Shown here piece by piece: positions 38,968-52,951 of a stretch of DNA of 64,000 bases. How positions within the stretch are numbered: position 1 is the first letter of the stretch; every line of letters begins with the position of its first letter. The translations under genes were made by a program, and so were the position numbers. The notes below the pieces were generated by a model that worked only from the letters and a program-made list of their open reading frames with translations, searched no databases and had not been told where the DNA came from. This stretch comes from Microbotryum violaceum. Its lineage: Eukaryota. Where the stretch lies: the NCBI GenBank assembly GCA_001244265.2, contig CDLV01000011.1, forward strand, positions 1,612,001 through 1,676,000, in the 5' to 3' direction.

Positions 38968-40881
38968 CTAGAAGACAGGCTGAGGACAAGCGACGACGAC
39001 CAAGGTTCTCGGGGCTGTGCGACCCGTCGCCTTGTAGAAGAACTGTGATAGCTGCAGTACTTTTTGTTGGTCGGATGCCGAGTTACCATTGGGGTAGTAG
39101 ATGCTGTAAGGCTCATTGTGGGTGACGTAGTTCCAGCATTGCGCATCGTGGGCGAATATATATATTCCATACGAGAGCCCCGAGCGTAGGCTGCTTCAGT
39201 GCTTGCGTCAAGAAGCTGCTCAAGCTGTCACCACCATTGCTGTTCGTCCAGTCGAATTCTGATGAGGCAGATGGGAAGAGAACTCCCAAGGTGAGGACGT
39301 GCGATTGAAAGTGAACCCTCACAGAGCTTCCAGGGACTCACCACCGAGGAGCAAGTTCTTGCCGAACCCTTGTGCGATTGAAATATTCTTTTTGATGATT
39401 CCCCAGTTGCGCGGATAGACGTGGTCGGTGACGATGTCGACGGTGCTGAGTTTTCCACCTTGGGGGATCGCACCGGTCGTGTAGTTCCAGAGACCATCGG
39501 TGCCGTCGATCACGAGGGTGTTTGGTGCGAGACCTTTAATGACTACGGGCAACAGGCAACAGAGAAACGGAAAGACATGTTCAGGACTGGCAAGGTAGAA
39601 CGCTTATGCCAGGGTACCGGAATACTCACGACCAGCAGCTTTGCCTGTCCAAGCTTGAGGAGGGTAACCCTCGCGACCGAAATACGCGCCCAGCTCATTC
39701 CCTGTTCCAAATAGAACCCTCCAGATTAGTTTCCGTAAATTGTATACAAGCCAACCTTGCACTTTGACAAGCACTCACCCGTCTCCCAAAACAAAATCGT
39801 CGGTTCGTTCTTGTACTGTACTCGGGAGTACTTGCTCCTTCGGTTCATCACCGTGCGGACATACCCCATGTACGCGCTCCACGCTTGCGAATTAGTGAGG
39901 AATTGAGCTCCGTATTGACCCGACGACAACTTCTTCCAGAGCAAAAAGGTGTACTTGCCACCGTGATAGTACTCGTAGCTGATCGTGTAGAAGCATGCCA
40001 TGCTACTAATAAATTCGTCCTTTGCTCTTGATAAAGGCCTAGGCCACTCTGGAAGAGGACTCACTTGTCGGTCAAGGGAAGGACGACGCGGAGTCCATAC
40101 TCGCGTGCGGCAAAGAGCACATAGTCGTGAATGTCCCAGTAGATCTCATCTGCGAAGTTGGTTGCATTAGGCTGCAACAGAGTTGGCGAGCCGAGACTGG
40201 TTGCGCACGTCGTCAAGCGAACGGTGTTGGCGCCGAAGGCAACCGCAGCAGCTCTATCAAGGGTACAAGTGTCGATCAGCTTTTCAGACGTCTCTTTCCG
40301 TTAGCACCCAACAATCGACACGCATCGACTCACAAAGCCTCGCGCACTCGACTCTTGTCGGTCGGCAAGCCCTTGGGCAATCCGACATTTTCGTCATTGC
40401 AGAGCCAGTAGATGTTGGTTCCAATAATGCGGAAATTACCGCCTGCCCCGAGCGCTGCACGAACGTCGTCAGCTTCGGCAACGTCCCCGTACCTTTGATC
40501 GTCGTTCGGGACCCACTGTAGATGGGAGCGCACCCTCGTTTAGCGGGTGCGGTGATGAGAGGGTTATGGGCTACAGCGTCCCTGTCGCCCCCCGAAGAGC
40601 TGCCGAAACGAATTGCGGTGCGCGAAGCTGGGATCTCGTTCGTCGCTTCCGACAGGGGCGCCGACGGCTCATCCAAGATATCGGCTACATTTGTCACGTC
40701 GTCGTCAGATCTCCGGAGGATGTCGACCTCTTGTTCTTTGAGAGCAGCCTTAGCGACTTGCAGTTGAGCTTCTATCGCGGGCGCCCGAAAACGTTTTGGG
40801 ACGGAGAGGTCCAGGCGGCAAGCCTTGCGCGGCGACGCTCGAGATCGCCAAGGCGAGGTTGAGGGCTATCGTCCAGCGCAT
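38968..40881 (-). pseudogene. Secreted GH5 glycoside hydrolase (beta-mannanase-like), frameshifted
   Basis: Signal peptide; GTNIYWL, GANTVR, DYVLFAAREYGLRVVLPLTD, YHGGKY, WETG/NEL, DHVYP, G/EFDW. Frameshifts near 40795, 40440 and 39160. Confidence 0.82.
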
Positions 40882-42039
40882 GGTCGTTTAAGCTTGGAAT
40901 CTACTTCGAAAAGGGGGGAGAGGGCAGGTCAGTAAAGCGCTTTTAGATTAGTTTGCTTTGTCATAGATATCGGTGTCTCGAAGACCAGCAGTCCGACCGC
41001 CTGTGGCCAACTGGGCTGATACCTGGAACAAAAACTCCGCAAGCCGGATTCCAGTGCGCCACATCGAAATGTCGGGCTCGGACGAGCCGCCCAAGTGGAA
41101 AGGCCAACACTTTGCACTCACTCACACGTTTCGGGCACTCCGAAGGGCTGCAGGCTCAGGACAACTACAGTCGCAACGTCTTGAAGAGTATGTGACACGA
41201 AGACAAGAGGAGATAAGACGAAGCGAGGGTTGCATGCATGCATGCATCTGGATCCTCGGCAAGCGAACGGCATCTTTTTCAATCCCCCGCATGTTTACTC
41301 TACAATTGGATTTCACACGAGTGAAACACTCGACGTCTCGAGCGATCGTGCCTTGCGCCTTTCAGGTCTTACATCCCCTGCTGAACCGGCCAACGTATTC
41401 TCGCGCGCCGAGCGCATTCGGGCGCTGGAAGCCTCGCCGGCCGCCTACAAGACTCGGAGTCCATCATTTTTTTAGAACGAAACTGCCCAGCAAGACACCG
41501 GTTCGGCTTCGTCGCCGATCTCGCCCATCGTGACTTTTAACAGCTGACTCTAGTCTCATGGCCGCGGTTCGCCTAGTAAGTAGTAAATAGGTCAGAGAGC
41601 TCGCGACCATCGGTATCTCCGCCGTTATGAGCAATCCTGACATTGAACTGGGTTGTCTGTCGAAGTTTCAAGAAAGACGAAAGACTCGTAAGGGTGTCAG
41701 CCAGAGGTAGTGTGCCCCGGGGGTTGAGCGATATTTGCCTCTCGTCCTCTCTCGTCCTCTTCGTCAACGTGCGGACGCCGGAGGTACGCGGGCGCTCAGC
41801 AGCTGATTATGGAAGAGTCCAATTTTACTACAAAGACTCGGGGTATTGAACGTATGAATCAACGAAATACTGCCGAAAACACAGAATATGACCATTGCAC
41901 ACTGGAAGAAAAAAAGGCGTCGTGACAAAAGTACAGAAAAATTGGTTGTTATAAGGAAAAAGAAGTGAGGAACTCAAAACGTGGCAGCAAAATAGGAGAT
42001 AGTGATCATTCGTCAAAGAGGCCACGACAAGGTGGGGTG

Positions 42040-45000
42040 TTATGAGAGGGTAGCTAAGGACGGATGTTGTTTCAAGGAAGGGGGTGGGGCATCGCTCGGG
42101 GTTGACGAGGTTTCGAGCCTCGATTCCGGGTTCGGGATCTTCAGGCGCAAGAAGAGGGCGTCGAGGCGCTGCAGAGTCGAATGAAGGGAAATAAGATCAG
42201 TCTCGGATTATCTTTTAAGTTGATTAGATCTCACGATCTTTGAACTCACCTTCTCCAACTCATCCAATCGTCTCGTCTGCGGCGCATACATCGCCATCGT
42301 CTCCTCACTCAAATCCAAATCCCTCAACGAAGGTCCGAACAACGCCTCATGCCCCTGAGGTCGTTTCAACGATGAAGTCCTAGGCTTCCTCTTCGTCATT
42401 GATCGAGCCTCCTCGTTGATGAGGGTGAACATCGTGTCGAGGCCGAAGTCGTCGTGGTAGTACAAAGCACCGTTTGGAGCGGTCGTCGTTGGGTTCGGCG
42501 TGGGGTTCGTCGGTGTGTTCGTCGATCGTGCACTTTGCGTTGTAAGAGTTGGTGTCGCGGAAGTGGAAGGGGCTTGACTGCTCGTCGCGGATCCAAGACT
42601 GAAGACTTGATCGATTGAAGGGGAGCCAACTTGACCACCGGGCGAGAGTCTCACGTTCGTCCCCCCGGTTGGCGAAACGGCCCTAACGGTCGGTGTCGAA
42701 CTGCCACTCAAGCCTCGTTGATGCTCCGTAGCCCACGAGGGCGGACGCAAGGCCGGTGAAACTCGACCTCTCAACTTGTCTTCCTTGACCTTGGCGAGTA
42801 CTCGATCCAGACGTTCTTGTAATGACTCGTTGAAAGCTGGACTCATCGCTCGTCGAGAACCGAACGCGCCTTGTAAAACATCATCGGTCTCTTGCGTTCC
42901 CAAAGGAGAAGCGACGCGAGGACTATGGCTCGCCGTCGCGGCTTGTCGAAGTGCCGAAGCCGCTCCAAGAGGTCGGGAATTAAACGTCGGGGATCTCAAA
43001 GCTGGTGAAGTGGAAACGGGTGAAGCGACGGAAGTGTCGATGCGGATGTCCGTACTCCTTAATGCGCGCAAGGCGTTACTTTCTTCATCACTTGCTTCCG
43101 TAGCCTGGACCGCGTTGAGTGTACTCGAGGAAGCGTTGCCAGTGCCAGTGGAATAGATCGAGTCCGAGTCCTTGGCCGTATGGAATGATTCCGAGTCCGT
43201 CATCGTATGGTTCGTCGCTTTAGAAGCCTGAGAAAACGAACGATCCCCCAAACCCGGATGCAGAGAGCCAGATTGCGTAGTCGCCGCCGGCGCAGCGGGT
43301 GCAAATTCCCGATCGACGAGATCGCTGATATCGGTCGATTGACCATTCGGACCAATGAAGGAATATCGCACTCGACCGCCGTTCGCACGAATGCTGCGGA
43401 TCGTACCTCGTTCAGGGATCGCGATATCGACACCTTGTTCGTCGTTCTGCCTTGCCGAAAGTAACGAGCGAGCTTGTTGCGTCGTTGACGAGGTTGAGGC
43501 CGAGGTTGGGGAATGACCACTCGAGGAGGGGGCACGAGGATCGGAAGCGGTTTGCTGCTCGGCGAAAGCGCGTTTCTGTTGTCGTTCCTCGAGCTCATCG
43601 ATCGTCACGGGAATTGGACCGACGCCGCGCGAGGCAGGGCCGCGGTAGGCAGCGCGTCGAAGGATGAATACTGGATCGATCGGTTGCAAGTCTTGTTCGC
43701 TGCCGAGGATGAGCGTCGCGTCGACCGATCGACGACGGAACTCCCTCGAGGTACGATCGTACGATTTAAGCAAAGGTGGGATGGGGTAGGCGTCGATGAG
43801 TTTGCTCGACGAGTGCAACAACGTTTCTGTAACAGTCGGCCCCAACGATGTTAGAAACCCTGCGTTCCAACTCTCCGAATCGTACGGTCATCCAAAAGTA
43901 CTGACCATGCCCATCCTTCTCCACCGCCAAAGCATACTTGACGCGCGACACGCTCCTCCTCTTGGACACCCGATCCTCAACTTCATCACCCCCATCCACG
44001 ACCCCATCGACAATTCCAAACCGATCCAAACCCGCCTCGATCACCTCAGAAACGTTCGCATTGCGAGGGAAGAAGACGATGCGTTCCCTTTCGTCGGGGG
44101 AGATGGGGTCGACACCTAGACCGATATTGCGACGATCGGTTAAGACGGAGCGGGGTATGATGGCGTTGCTTTGGGGATCGAAGACGACAGTTTCGGGTAG
44201 GTCTTGAGGGTGGATCGTGATGCGTGCGGCGAAGCGGAAACTCGGGCTGGCTGAAGCTGTCAGATCGACGGAAAGCAAATCCGCATTGGGTTTCAGACGA
44301 TCCGAGGAAGGCGAAAGTAAATCCGTCGTCGAGGGCCCAGCCTTTTCGATCGGGCTCGTCGTCGATGATGCTTCAAGTTTCGCCAAAGTCCCATTTAGCG
44401 TCGCATCCCTCGTCCTCGGTCGTCGTCGATTAAGGTAAAACTTGACCGCCGAATCGTCGCTCCAATCATTCATCCCCAACCTCGTAATCGCCGGATTCAA
44501 CGACAAGTTGCTCTGAATGGAGGTGATCGACCCAATTGACGATCTCTTGACGGAAGGGACGATAAAGCCCTGTTCGGCAGCTTCTGACATGGTTTCAAAC
44601 ACCGTCAAAGGTCGAACTTGTTCACCGATCACGCGTTCTTCACCACCTAATTCTCGGACGGTGAGGTAATATTCGTCAATCTCGGCGTCGCCTGTAAGAC
44701 GGAACCTTTGCATCGCTTGTTTGACGAGATCGTGCGTTGTCGTCGCTCGATTCAACAGGACGGTCTTGAACGTTGCTTCGGAATCGACGTGATCGCCGGC
44801 GAAAATGCGCAACACGCTCAACAACGGCACGTCCAACCCGGGGATACTCGGCGAGCCCAACAGACTTCCCGGCCGCATTCGAACAGCCGTCGCCGAAATG
44901 GACTGTTGACTCCCTTGAGGCGCAAGTGCGAGCAAACCGGGTCCAGCACGAGGCGTCATCGTATTTGACAGGTCCCCCGGCGCTCGTTGCACGCCGTACT

Positions 45001-47877
45001 GGTGAAACATCGCCTGCTTCGCCTCGACCTGTTGTTGTCGCAATGCCGCGTCGGTCGAGAACAACGTATCGACCGTTTGGGATTCGCGACGACTCGGATC
45101 CTTAGTCTTCGAAGCCGACGAAGCTCCGAATCCAGTTTGAACGGGCGAAGCGATACGATTCGATTCCTCCGAACTTCTCGCGCCTCCACCACCGCTAACG
45201 TTGACGATCCCATGACCTTCATCCGAAGCATTAAGACTGCCCAATGACGAATTCTTCTTCTTTTTATCCTTCTTCCTGAACAAACCCAAAATCCCACCCG
45301 ATTTTCTCTTCTTGCCTCCGTTCGCCTCCTCATTCCCACCACCACCATCAACCGAATCCCTCCCTGCACTACCCACATTACCACTCCCACTCCTCTTGAC
45401 CTTGCCCTTCCCACTCCCTGTCTCCGAAACGATCGAATTCGGCGTGTGCGAGCGACTATTATCTTCCGCCAGATGGCCCGCACTCGAAGTAGCATACGAA
45501 CTAATCGTATCCATCGAATTCAACGAAACGTCCCCTTGACCTAAACTACCCTTCTTTACGAACCCTTCATTAGGTGATTGAGGACGAGGAGAAGTGTTCA
45601 CCGAATTGGAACGAAGCGCGTTTTCTTGATGGAGGCGTTTGGCGGGTCCGATGAGACGATCGTAACGTGGGTCATTGACGTTGACGACTTCGACTCCACG
45701 AACTCGAATGGGCGAGATTTGTATCCCTCCGTTCAGTGAAGAGACACCAGTACCATTCTTGGATCCTTCCAACTCGACCGGATCACTTTGAGATCGTGTC
45801 GTACGTTGTTGTGAAACGAACGTATTCGAAATCCCCCTCGGTTTTTGCAAGTCACCGAACGGATCGTTGATATCGAAATTAGGATCCCTGACGATAGGTG
45901 GAGTAGCGGAAAGTTTTTTTGTCGGCGCATCCGGTTCGAAAACGTCTAAATTCACGGCGCGACCTTTAATGGAGCCGAATTCGTTACCTGAGGAGGAGGT
46001 CGAGGTGGCGGCGGAAGGTCTTCGGGAAGAAACCAAAGGTTCTATTTCGTTCGTCGTATCTTCTAGTGGAGCGAGGGATGAGTGGGGCGATGACTCGCGC
46101 GTCGAATCCCACGTCGTTGTCGGAGCGACAAGAGGGGAAAGATTACCCGCGTCCGTTGAAGCAAGTGCATCCTGATTGAGCGAACCATCCGGCGAACGAA
46201 GTTGGTACAAATTCACGCCTGGTTCAATGTTGCCCAAATCCGAAGCGCTGTACCTCTTCTTCACCTCCAGGGTCTTATCCTCCAAAAGGGAGGCATCCTC
46301 GATCGTGCCGACCTCTCCAACATGACCATGCGATTCCCGATGATGAACGGTTTGATGAACGTTGTGCGCTTCCCTCGCTACACCTCCCCCATTCGTAGCG
46401 ACCATCGGAGCCTGTACGGATTGCAACCTACTTTGCTCATGATGATCATCGGAGAATTCGGACGTTGTTTCTTCCTCATCTTCTTCCTCGTCATGGTCCT
46501 CAAAGACTTGATCGCCCATGAGTTCACCCTCGTCCTCATCCCGATTTCGTCTTCGCCTTCGATGATGATGGTGCTGTTGTTGTTGTTGACCGTGTTCGGC
46601 GTCTTGACTAATCTCGTCATCCTCTTCTTCATAATCCTGTTCCCCACTACCCGTTTCTTCCCCATCTTCTTCATCATAGATATCGCTATCCCCATTCGCC
46701 GAATGTTCATAATACGTCGGCGCGGTGAACCCGACCGTCTTGGCTTTGGAAGATTGACTTCTTTCGAGCCCCATTCTACCCGGATCGGAAGTCGAAGGAG
46801 GAGGGGAGATGTTGCAGGGATGATCCTTGTGCGAAGGGGAAGCGATGACGCCTTTGGCGGAAGGATGTTGGGACATGTGGGGGTGGGGTTGTTGGGAGGG
46901 AGGGATACGAGTTTGGAATCGCGTTTGGGCCATCGTCGATAGAGGTCCACTCAGTACGTCTTGTTGAGTCGCCGTGGTGAGCTAAGAAGGTACGATATCG
47001 GGGGACTGAATAAGCTTCTCTTCATCTGTTGAGGAGGAATCGATCGGCAACGATCTTGACTCACATCGACATTGAGATGCTTGTTCAACCTCGCTAACCT
47101 TTCCCAAGGCGTTTCGATATTCTCCGCTGGGATATAACCGACCGCCTGAGTTTTGAGTACCCTCACCAACCACCAATACGAATTCGAGTCGTCCAACAAC
47201 AACAATTTGTCCCCCTTGACGACGGAGGCTTGTCCATCTACGGTCGCGAGGAAGGTGTGAAGAGCGTAGACGAGCGTAAAGTCGATATCTTCGTCGGGAA
47301 TCGAAGGCGAGGACGAGAGCGAGTCGGAGAACGAACCCGAATCTTCGTCGAGATCTTCTTCGTCGTGGTCTTGGTGTGAGCCATCGTCGTCGTCGCCGTG
47401 GTGGTGGTGGTCTTGGCCGTCTTCGTTAACGTAGTGTAGTTGGATCTGCCCCTGCTGCCCTTGCTGTTGTCGTGGCCTCGAGTGATGTGCGCCATTGTCA
47501 TCGAGCATCAGATCCTCTTCCTGTTCATACGCACTCCCATACCCATTCACACGACCCTTGCCGGCCCGTCTCTGTTCGTATTCGTGCTCGTGCTCGTGCT
47601 CGTAATCGTGATCGTGAACGTGATCATCCATGATATGTCTCGCAATATTCTGCGCCCTATTATCGTCCTGTTGTTGTTGCAAAGCACGAGAAGCCATGAT
47701 GATATCCTTGGCTTTAGGTTTAACAGGTTTGTGTAAAGCTTGAACGGAAATGGTCAATGCGGGACCTCGTTTCGTAGAAGGGGTTGAGGAGACGTTGCTC
47801 GTCAAAGAGGTAGGTACACCAGCGTTATTATTATCGGTGGTGGTGGTGGTGGTGGAGGAGGAGGAGGATGAGCTCAT
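42040..47877 (-). CDS. tea4: SH3- and Ras-association-domain cell polarity protein, Tea4/Bud14-like
   Basis: IDFTLVYALHTFLATVDGQA..DDSNSYWWLVR..GYIPAENIETPWERLARLN; RVxF-like KTVGF; RA domain LRIFAG..ATFKTVLL; three introns. Confidence 0.88.
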
Positions 47878-48264
47878 GCGGGCTGGAATGGGGTAAGGAC
47901 GGATGAGCTCGCAGTAGCTGCTTGTCGTCGAGGGATTGGGTGGGGAATTGGGGAACTATTAGGCCGTACGCCGTAGGATAGGAAGGATACGGGGTGGCGC
48001 GCGCGGCGTACAAACCCAAACGCGTTCGTCTCCGTCTCTGAGTCAGTAGCGCGCAAAGAAGCAGCCGCCGTGTGTGTGTGCTGTTTGCTGTGAGAGGGGG
48101 TCACCTCATGCGATCAGTCCAACCTGAACAAGTTGAAGTTAGATAAAGTGACGTACAAGATTGTCCACGCTGATCGCACAATCTTGTGCTTGGTCGTCCA
48201 GCGTGAACGCGCGGGGCGAGTGTGAATGGGGGTGGTGTGTGACCGCAAGTGCAGTCAGACCAAG

Positions 48265-48295
48265 CGTAACGTAACGTAACGTAACGTAACGTAAC
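48265..48295. repeat. (CGTAA)6 microsatellite in the divergent intergenic region
   Basis: Directly visible in the sequence. Confidence 0.9.
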
Positions 48296-48742
48296 CGTGG
48301 TCGAACGAGAGTCGGCCAGGAAGATCCGTCCCCCAAGTCGAGTGGGTCGTGTGGTTGGAAAAAAGAGAACGCAAACAGATTTGAACTCTTTTCGTGCCTT
48401 TTCACACAGAGGCAGAGAAGGTAGGTGGAGTCGGAGTCGAGGGAAGAGAGAGATGAATCGGAACTCGCTTTCGACTGGACGAGGTCCGTCCTCAACGCTC
48501 ACATATCGGCACACACGCGACACACGCTCACGCACACGCTCCCGCACGCGCTCACACACGCTCCTGCACGCGCTCACACACGCGACTTTGAGCGCGAGAT
48601 TACGCCCTCGAGGCTAATCACCTTCCGCGTCCAAATTCTAATGCGCTTTTCGCCCTCTGCCAAACCCCCGTTCGCACGCCTCCTCCTCCCTGCGCTCCGT
48701 CTTGACCGCATCGGCCTCCCCCCCCCCCCTTTTCCAACCAGA

Positions 48743-49840
48743 ATGCCACCTTTCCCACTCTCCCACTTTCTTGGCCACTGTATACCTACGTCCCCAGCTG
48801 TGGTGCGACGTACGACCCGTCTTTTCTCCACCTCGTTCGCTCTCCACGACGACCCTTCCGCTTCCGCTTCCGCTTCCGCTTCCGCTTCCGCCACGACGGA
48901 GCAGCAGTCAACCACCACTTCACCTCCTCAGCACACAGACACACCCACAGCCGTCGACGAAGATTCTTCCCCATCTTCTTCCGGAATGGGAAGAGGAGGT
49001 GGAGGAGGTGGTTTTAGAGCATGGTTACAAGGTGATGGGGCGCAATACCGTCGTGGGATTAAAGGCGCTACGAATTGGATAGGCGAAACGGTACGTTCCC
49101 GCCCCCCCTCCCCCTCCTATCCTCGTAAGAATTTTCCTACCTCGATCACTCATAACTTTCCCACCAAACAGCCCTTCCCGCTTAATCCAACTTTTAAACC
49201 CTTACCTCCCGTCAGCGAACTGATCAAAACCAAAATCTACCACGCCTACTTGGGTAACCTACAAACCAACTCCCCGCCTTCGGACCTCGTCGTCGTTCGA
49301 GCTATCTCTTCCAAATTCGGACTTTCAATGGCTCGAGTGAGGGCGATCATTAGGTTGAAAGAATTGGAACAAGAATGGAAGAAACGTGGTTTACCACTTC
49401 AAATCAACTTGAGACAAGGGATGGAATCTCATCTCGGAGTTAAAACTCTGAATGAACAATCTGGTTCGAATTGGAGGGGGATCGAACGTTCCGAACAAGG
49501 TCAACGAGTTGAACAGATTCGAACGGAGGGGAAGGCGGGTTGGGAAATGTTGGACGAGGAGAATGGCGAACGACCCGTCTTTTTACCGCTTTTACAACAT
49601 CTTTCTACATCCACAACTAACGTCGAAGCAGGGCAGGAACCAACACCCCTTGCAGCAGCAGAAAACGTACCCAAGAAATCGCTTTCACAAATCAAGATCG
49701 TCGAACCGGTTCGACCTGGACGACCAAGGTTCTCGTTTGAAAACGTCGAGGGTACCGAGAGGGGGAACAAGTTGGCGAAAACTTATAATCCCAAAAAGAC
49801 CAAGAGGGGGAATAGAAAGAGGCCCGTTGGGACCGAATGA
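48743..49840 (+). CDS. Mitochondrial small-subunit ribosomal protein mS45 (Bot1/MRPS35-like)
   Basis: NWIG.. PFPLNPTFKP.PPVS..KIY..AISSKFGLSMARVRAIIRLKELE; presequence; probable in-frame intron 49091-49171. Confidence 0.8.
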   Translation: MPPFPLSHFLGHCIPTSPAVVRRTTRLFSTSFALHDDPSASASASASASATTEQQSTTTSPPQHTDTPTAVDEDSSPSSSGMGRGGGGGGFRAWLQGDGAQYRRGIKGATNWIGETVRSRPPSPSYPRKNFPTSITHNFPTKQPFPLNPTFKPLPPVSELIKTKIYHAYLGNLQTNSPPSDLVVVRAISSKFGLSMARVRAIIRLKELEQEWKKRGLPLQINLRQGMESHLGVKTLNEQSGSNWRGIERSEQGQRVEQIRTEGKAGWEMLDEENGERPVFLPLLQHLSTSTTNVEAGQEPTPLAAAENVPKKSLSQIKIVEPVRPGRPRFSFENVEGTERGNKLAKTYNPKKTKRGNRKRPVGTE

Positions 49841-50011
49841 TGTGTAATTTGAAAAAAAGGGACTTTGGGTCTCCACCCCACCCGGGAGAGAGATGCGATT
49901 CGTGCACCGCGATCGAGATCCTTTCTTCAACACTTTCAATTCCACTCACAAAATGCAAGCCTCCACATCTTCTAAACATAAAACAAACACCCCTCTCTAC
50001 CTTTCCCCCCT

Positions 50012-52340
50012 CTACAGCGCCTTCAAACCCTGCACCGTCGTCTCCGCCTCGACCACACTCAAAGCCTGTTGTACCTCCAAATGACCCCTCGCCGCATTCA
50101 ACCAATCCCTCGCCAAAGCTTTCGGCCAACCTTGTAAAGAGTTGACCTCCCTCGTCGCTTGATCCAAATCCTTGTTCAACAGATGAAACTTGGCTCGAGC
50201 GATCACGCTAACCACGTCCGAACCTTCCGCCCAACCTTTTCTTTCAAAGAGGAGGTAAGAAAGTAGGTAGGATTGAACGTAAGAGAGCACACCGGCATGT
50301 TCGGGAAGGAGAGAGACCTTCTTCAATTGGAAGGCAACAGAGTTGGTGAATCGTGATGCGAGGGAAGGGAACGAAGTCACGCCGGAAGAAGCGATCGATT
50401 CGTCAATGGTCGAAAGAGCCACGTCGAGAATTGGCGCTTGGTCAGCCGATTCTTTAGCGAGTTTTTTGAGCGCGTTGAGTTCGTTAATGAAAGGTCGACC
50501 GGATTCGATCGCGTGTTCGACGGCTTTGACGGCCGTTTGTAACTTGCGCGCTTTTTGAACCATCGTCATCGAATCCACGTTACCCTGCGTCACTTTTTCC
50601 AATTTGCGAATTCCACCCTCCAATTGATCCAATTTGGCCAATCGACCACCACGTTCCTGTTCGACCTTGAGTTTGATTTCGTCGACCCAACGACGTTGCA
50701 ATTCAACGCCTTGAGCAATAACCTCTTCCTTGAGTCGTTGATCGATCAACGCCTGTTGGGTTTCGAGTTCGTTCTGCAACTTGGTCTTATAAGCATCGAC
50801 CAATTTCTTCCTCTCTTCCTCGAAAGCCTTCTTCCAATCCTCTTCTTGATGATCCAAACGATCAATCAACTCCTTCTCCGCCTTGACTAAAAGAGTCGAA
50901 TATTCTTTCGCCTGACGATCCAAACTAGTCGATAAAGTTGATTCGCCTTCATTCTTGATCGCTTGCAACCTCGCCGCCAAAGTTTTAAGATCGTCTTGCG
51001 CACTCTTTAACACACCCGTTGCAGCGGAGGCTTTACTTTCGTCCGAGTTTTCGACAAATTTGGCCAACGAGTCGATCGTAGAAGCGAGTTGACCGAGCAT
51101 CGGTTCCGAAGCCGCCTTTTCGTCCGAGTTGATGACGGGAGCGACGAGAGGTAGAGGTTGAGGAGGGGTAGGAATCGGTTTGACTTGATCGTTTGGCGTC
51201 GCGGGTGCACGAGGTTTTTGGTAGCCGGGAGCGGGCTCAAACCCAATCGGTAAAGGCGGACCATCGTAAGGCGTTTCAGAGGGGGCTTTCTTGGGTGGGA
51301 TCGGCGTCGCGTCCAACTGTCTTGATCGTTGAGCAAACACGGGTAAAGTCGATTCAGGTTCCTCCACCTTGGGCACAATACTTTTAACCGCACTCGAAGC
51401 CTTATCAACCACTTGGCCAACCTTAACCTTGACCTGTTCGACCTTTCCCCCTACCTCATTCTCAACTTGTTGCGCCAACCCTTTAGCTTCTTTAGCCTTT
51501 CCCACGGCACGTTCTTTAGCTTTTTGAGTCGCCTCTGAAACGGATTGAGCGACTTGTTCGGCTTTCGCTTTGATTTCCTCTCGAGCTTTGATCGGATCGG
51601 CCTTGTCACCTTTCTTCAATTGCCATCCCTCTGCCTTGGCTTTTGATTCGGCGTAACGCGTCAATTCAGTTTCCTTCTTCGTCACAGAAGGTACATTAGC
51701 AGGTGTAGGCGCAGGCGCAGTAGGAGGAGTAGACTTTGTCGTCAAAGGAGTACCCGAAACGTTCGTTGATTTGGAAAGAGCTTGATCTACTTTATCGTTC
51801 AAGTCATTGAACGAAACGTGATGACGATCAAGTTCGTACTTGTCCAAAGCGTCACCTATTAATTCACCTCCCGGTACGGATTCGACGAGGAAATCACGAT
51901 ATCGGAGTGAGGTGTATCCTAGGGGGATTGAAACGCCGTAGAAAGTTAGGGCGAGTAGGGCGAGTGGGCTGAGTACCTTTCGGGTTAGGGAATGACGGCC
52001 GACGATGCGAGGTGGTACGGGGTTTGAGGTCGGAGGGATCGGTAGAACGTTCGATTTGGAGGGAGTAGTAGTGTAGGTCTGTTTTTTGAGTTCAAGGTCG
52101 TGTTGGGGTTGTAGGATATATCGCGCGGAGGTTGCAACGGGAAGGGGTCGAGGCGGGGTATATTGGGTGGAGCGTCAGTAGCGCACTATCAGCACATTGC
52201 ACCACTGGTGTATTCCAAGATTATTTTTGGGTAGTACTAACCCTCTTGATCAACGCCTGACGCATCGTCGTTGATGGCAATCGCGAGGCCGCGCTCGATA
52301 GGCAGGCGGTACGACCCGTCATCGCCGTGGTGCGCAACAT
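50012..52340 (-). CDS. MIC60: MICOS subunit Mic60 (mitofilin)
   Basis: Presequence exon at 52340, TM segment, coiled coil (VEQERGGRLAKL), mitofilin domain DVVSVIARA..DLDQATREVNSLQGWPKALARDWL..AR..LEVQQAL. Confidence 0.93.
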
Positions 52341-52805
52341 CGTACAGTGGGCAAAGAGAGGTGAAGAGCAGAAGGGGAGAGCACGGGAGTAGACGACTCT
52401 GGGGGGGAAAGGGCGAACGAATGACGTAGAGGTTGGGAGGATGAGCGCTGAGCGGAGGAACGAGGAGGCAACCTGGCCGCCGGCGGAGCAACTCCCCGCC
52501 GCGCATGGCACGTCTGCCCACAGTAAGCCCACGTATTACACCGTTCGAACCCGATTACCGATTCACCGAAACGGCTCGAGCCTCTATCCATTGCAGGCGT
52601 CCGATCTTGGCCAGTCACCTCGTATCTCTGTAACACTTTCCAATGGGTTCTTAGGGGGTTTGCTGCAGGGTCGACGAGTACTATACTAACGGCTTAGCCA
52701 GTGTGTTTGGAATGCAGCTCCTCCGAGTTTTCCAGATGATTTTAAACGCCTACTAATACAATTACGCCGCCATTCAAATCTACCAGAAAAGCCCCCACAA
52801 CCTCG

Positions 52806-52951
52806 CTGATGGCAGTGTTACTGGCAGCATACTATAGATCTGTGAGGTAAAAATCGGGCGACTTCCACTTCCGGGACCATATGATCGAAGACGCCTAATT
52901 TTCACCTCGTCAAACTAGTATAGCGGGCTTGCCAGGAATACTTGCCATCAG
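52806..52951. repeat. Imperfect foldback (~60-65-bp arms), possible degenerate MITE
   Basis: CTGATGGCA...GAGGTAAAAATCGGGCGACTTC pairs with GAAGACGCCTAATTTTCACCTC...TGCCATCAG. Confidence 0.6.
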
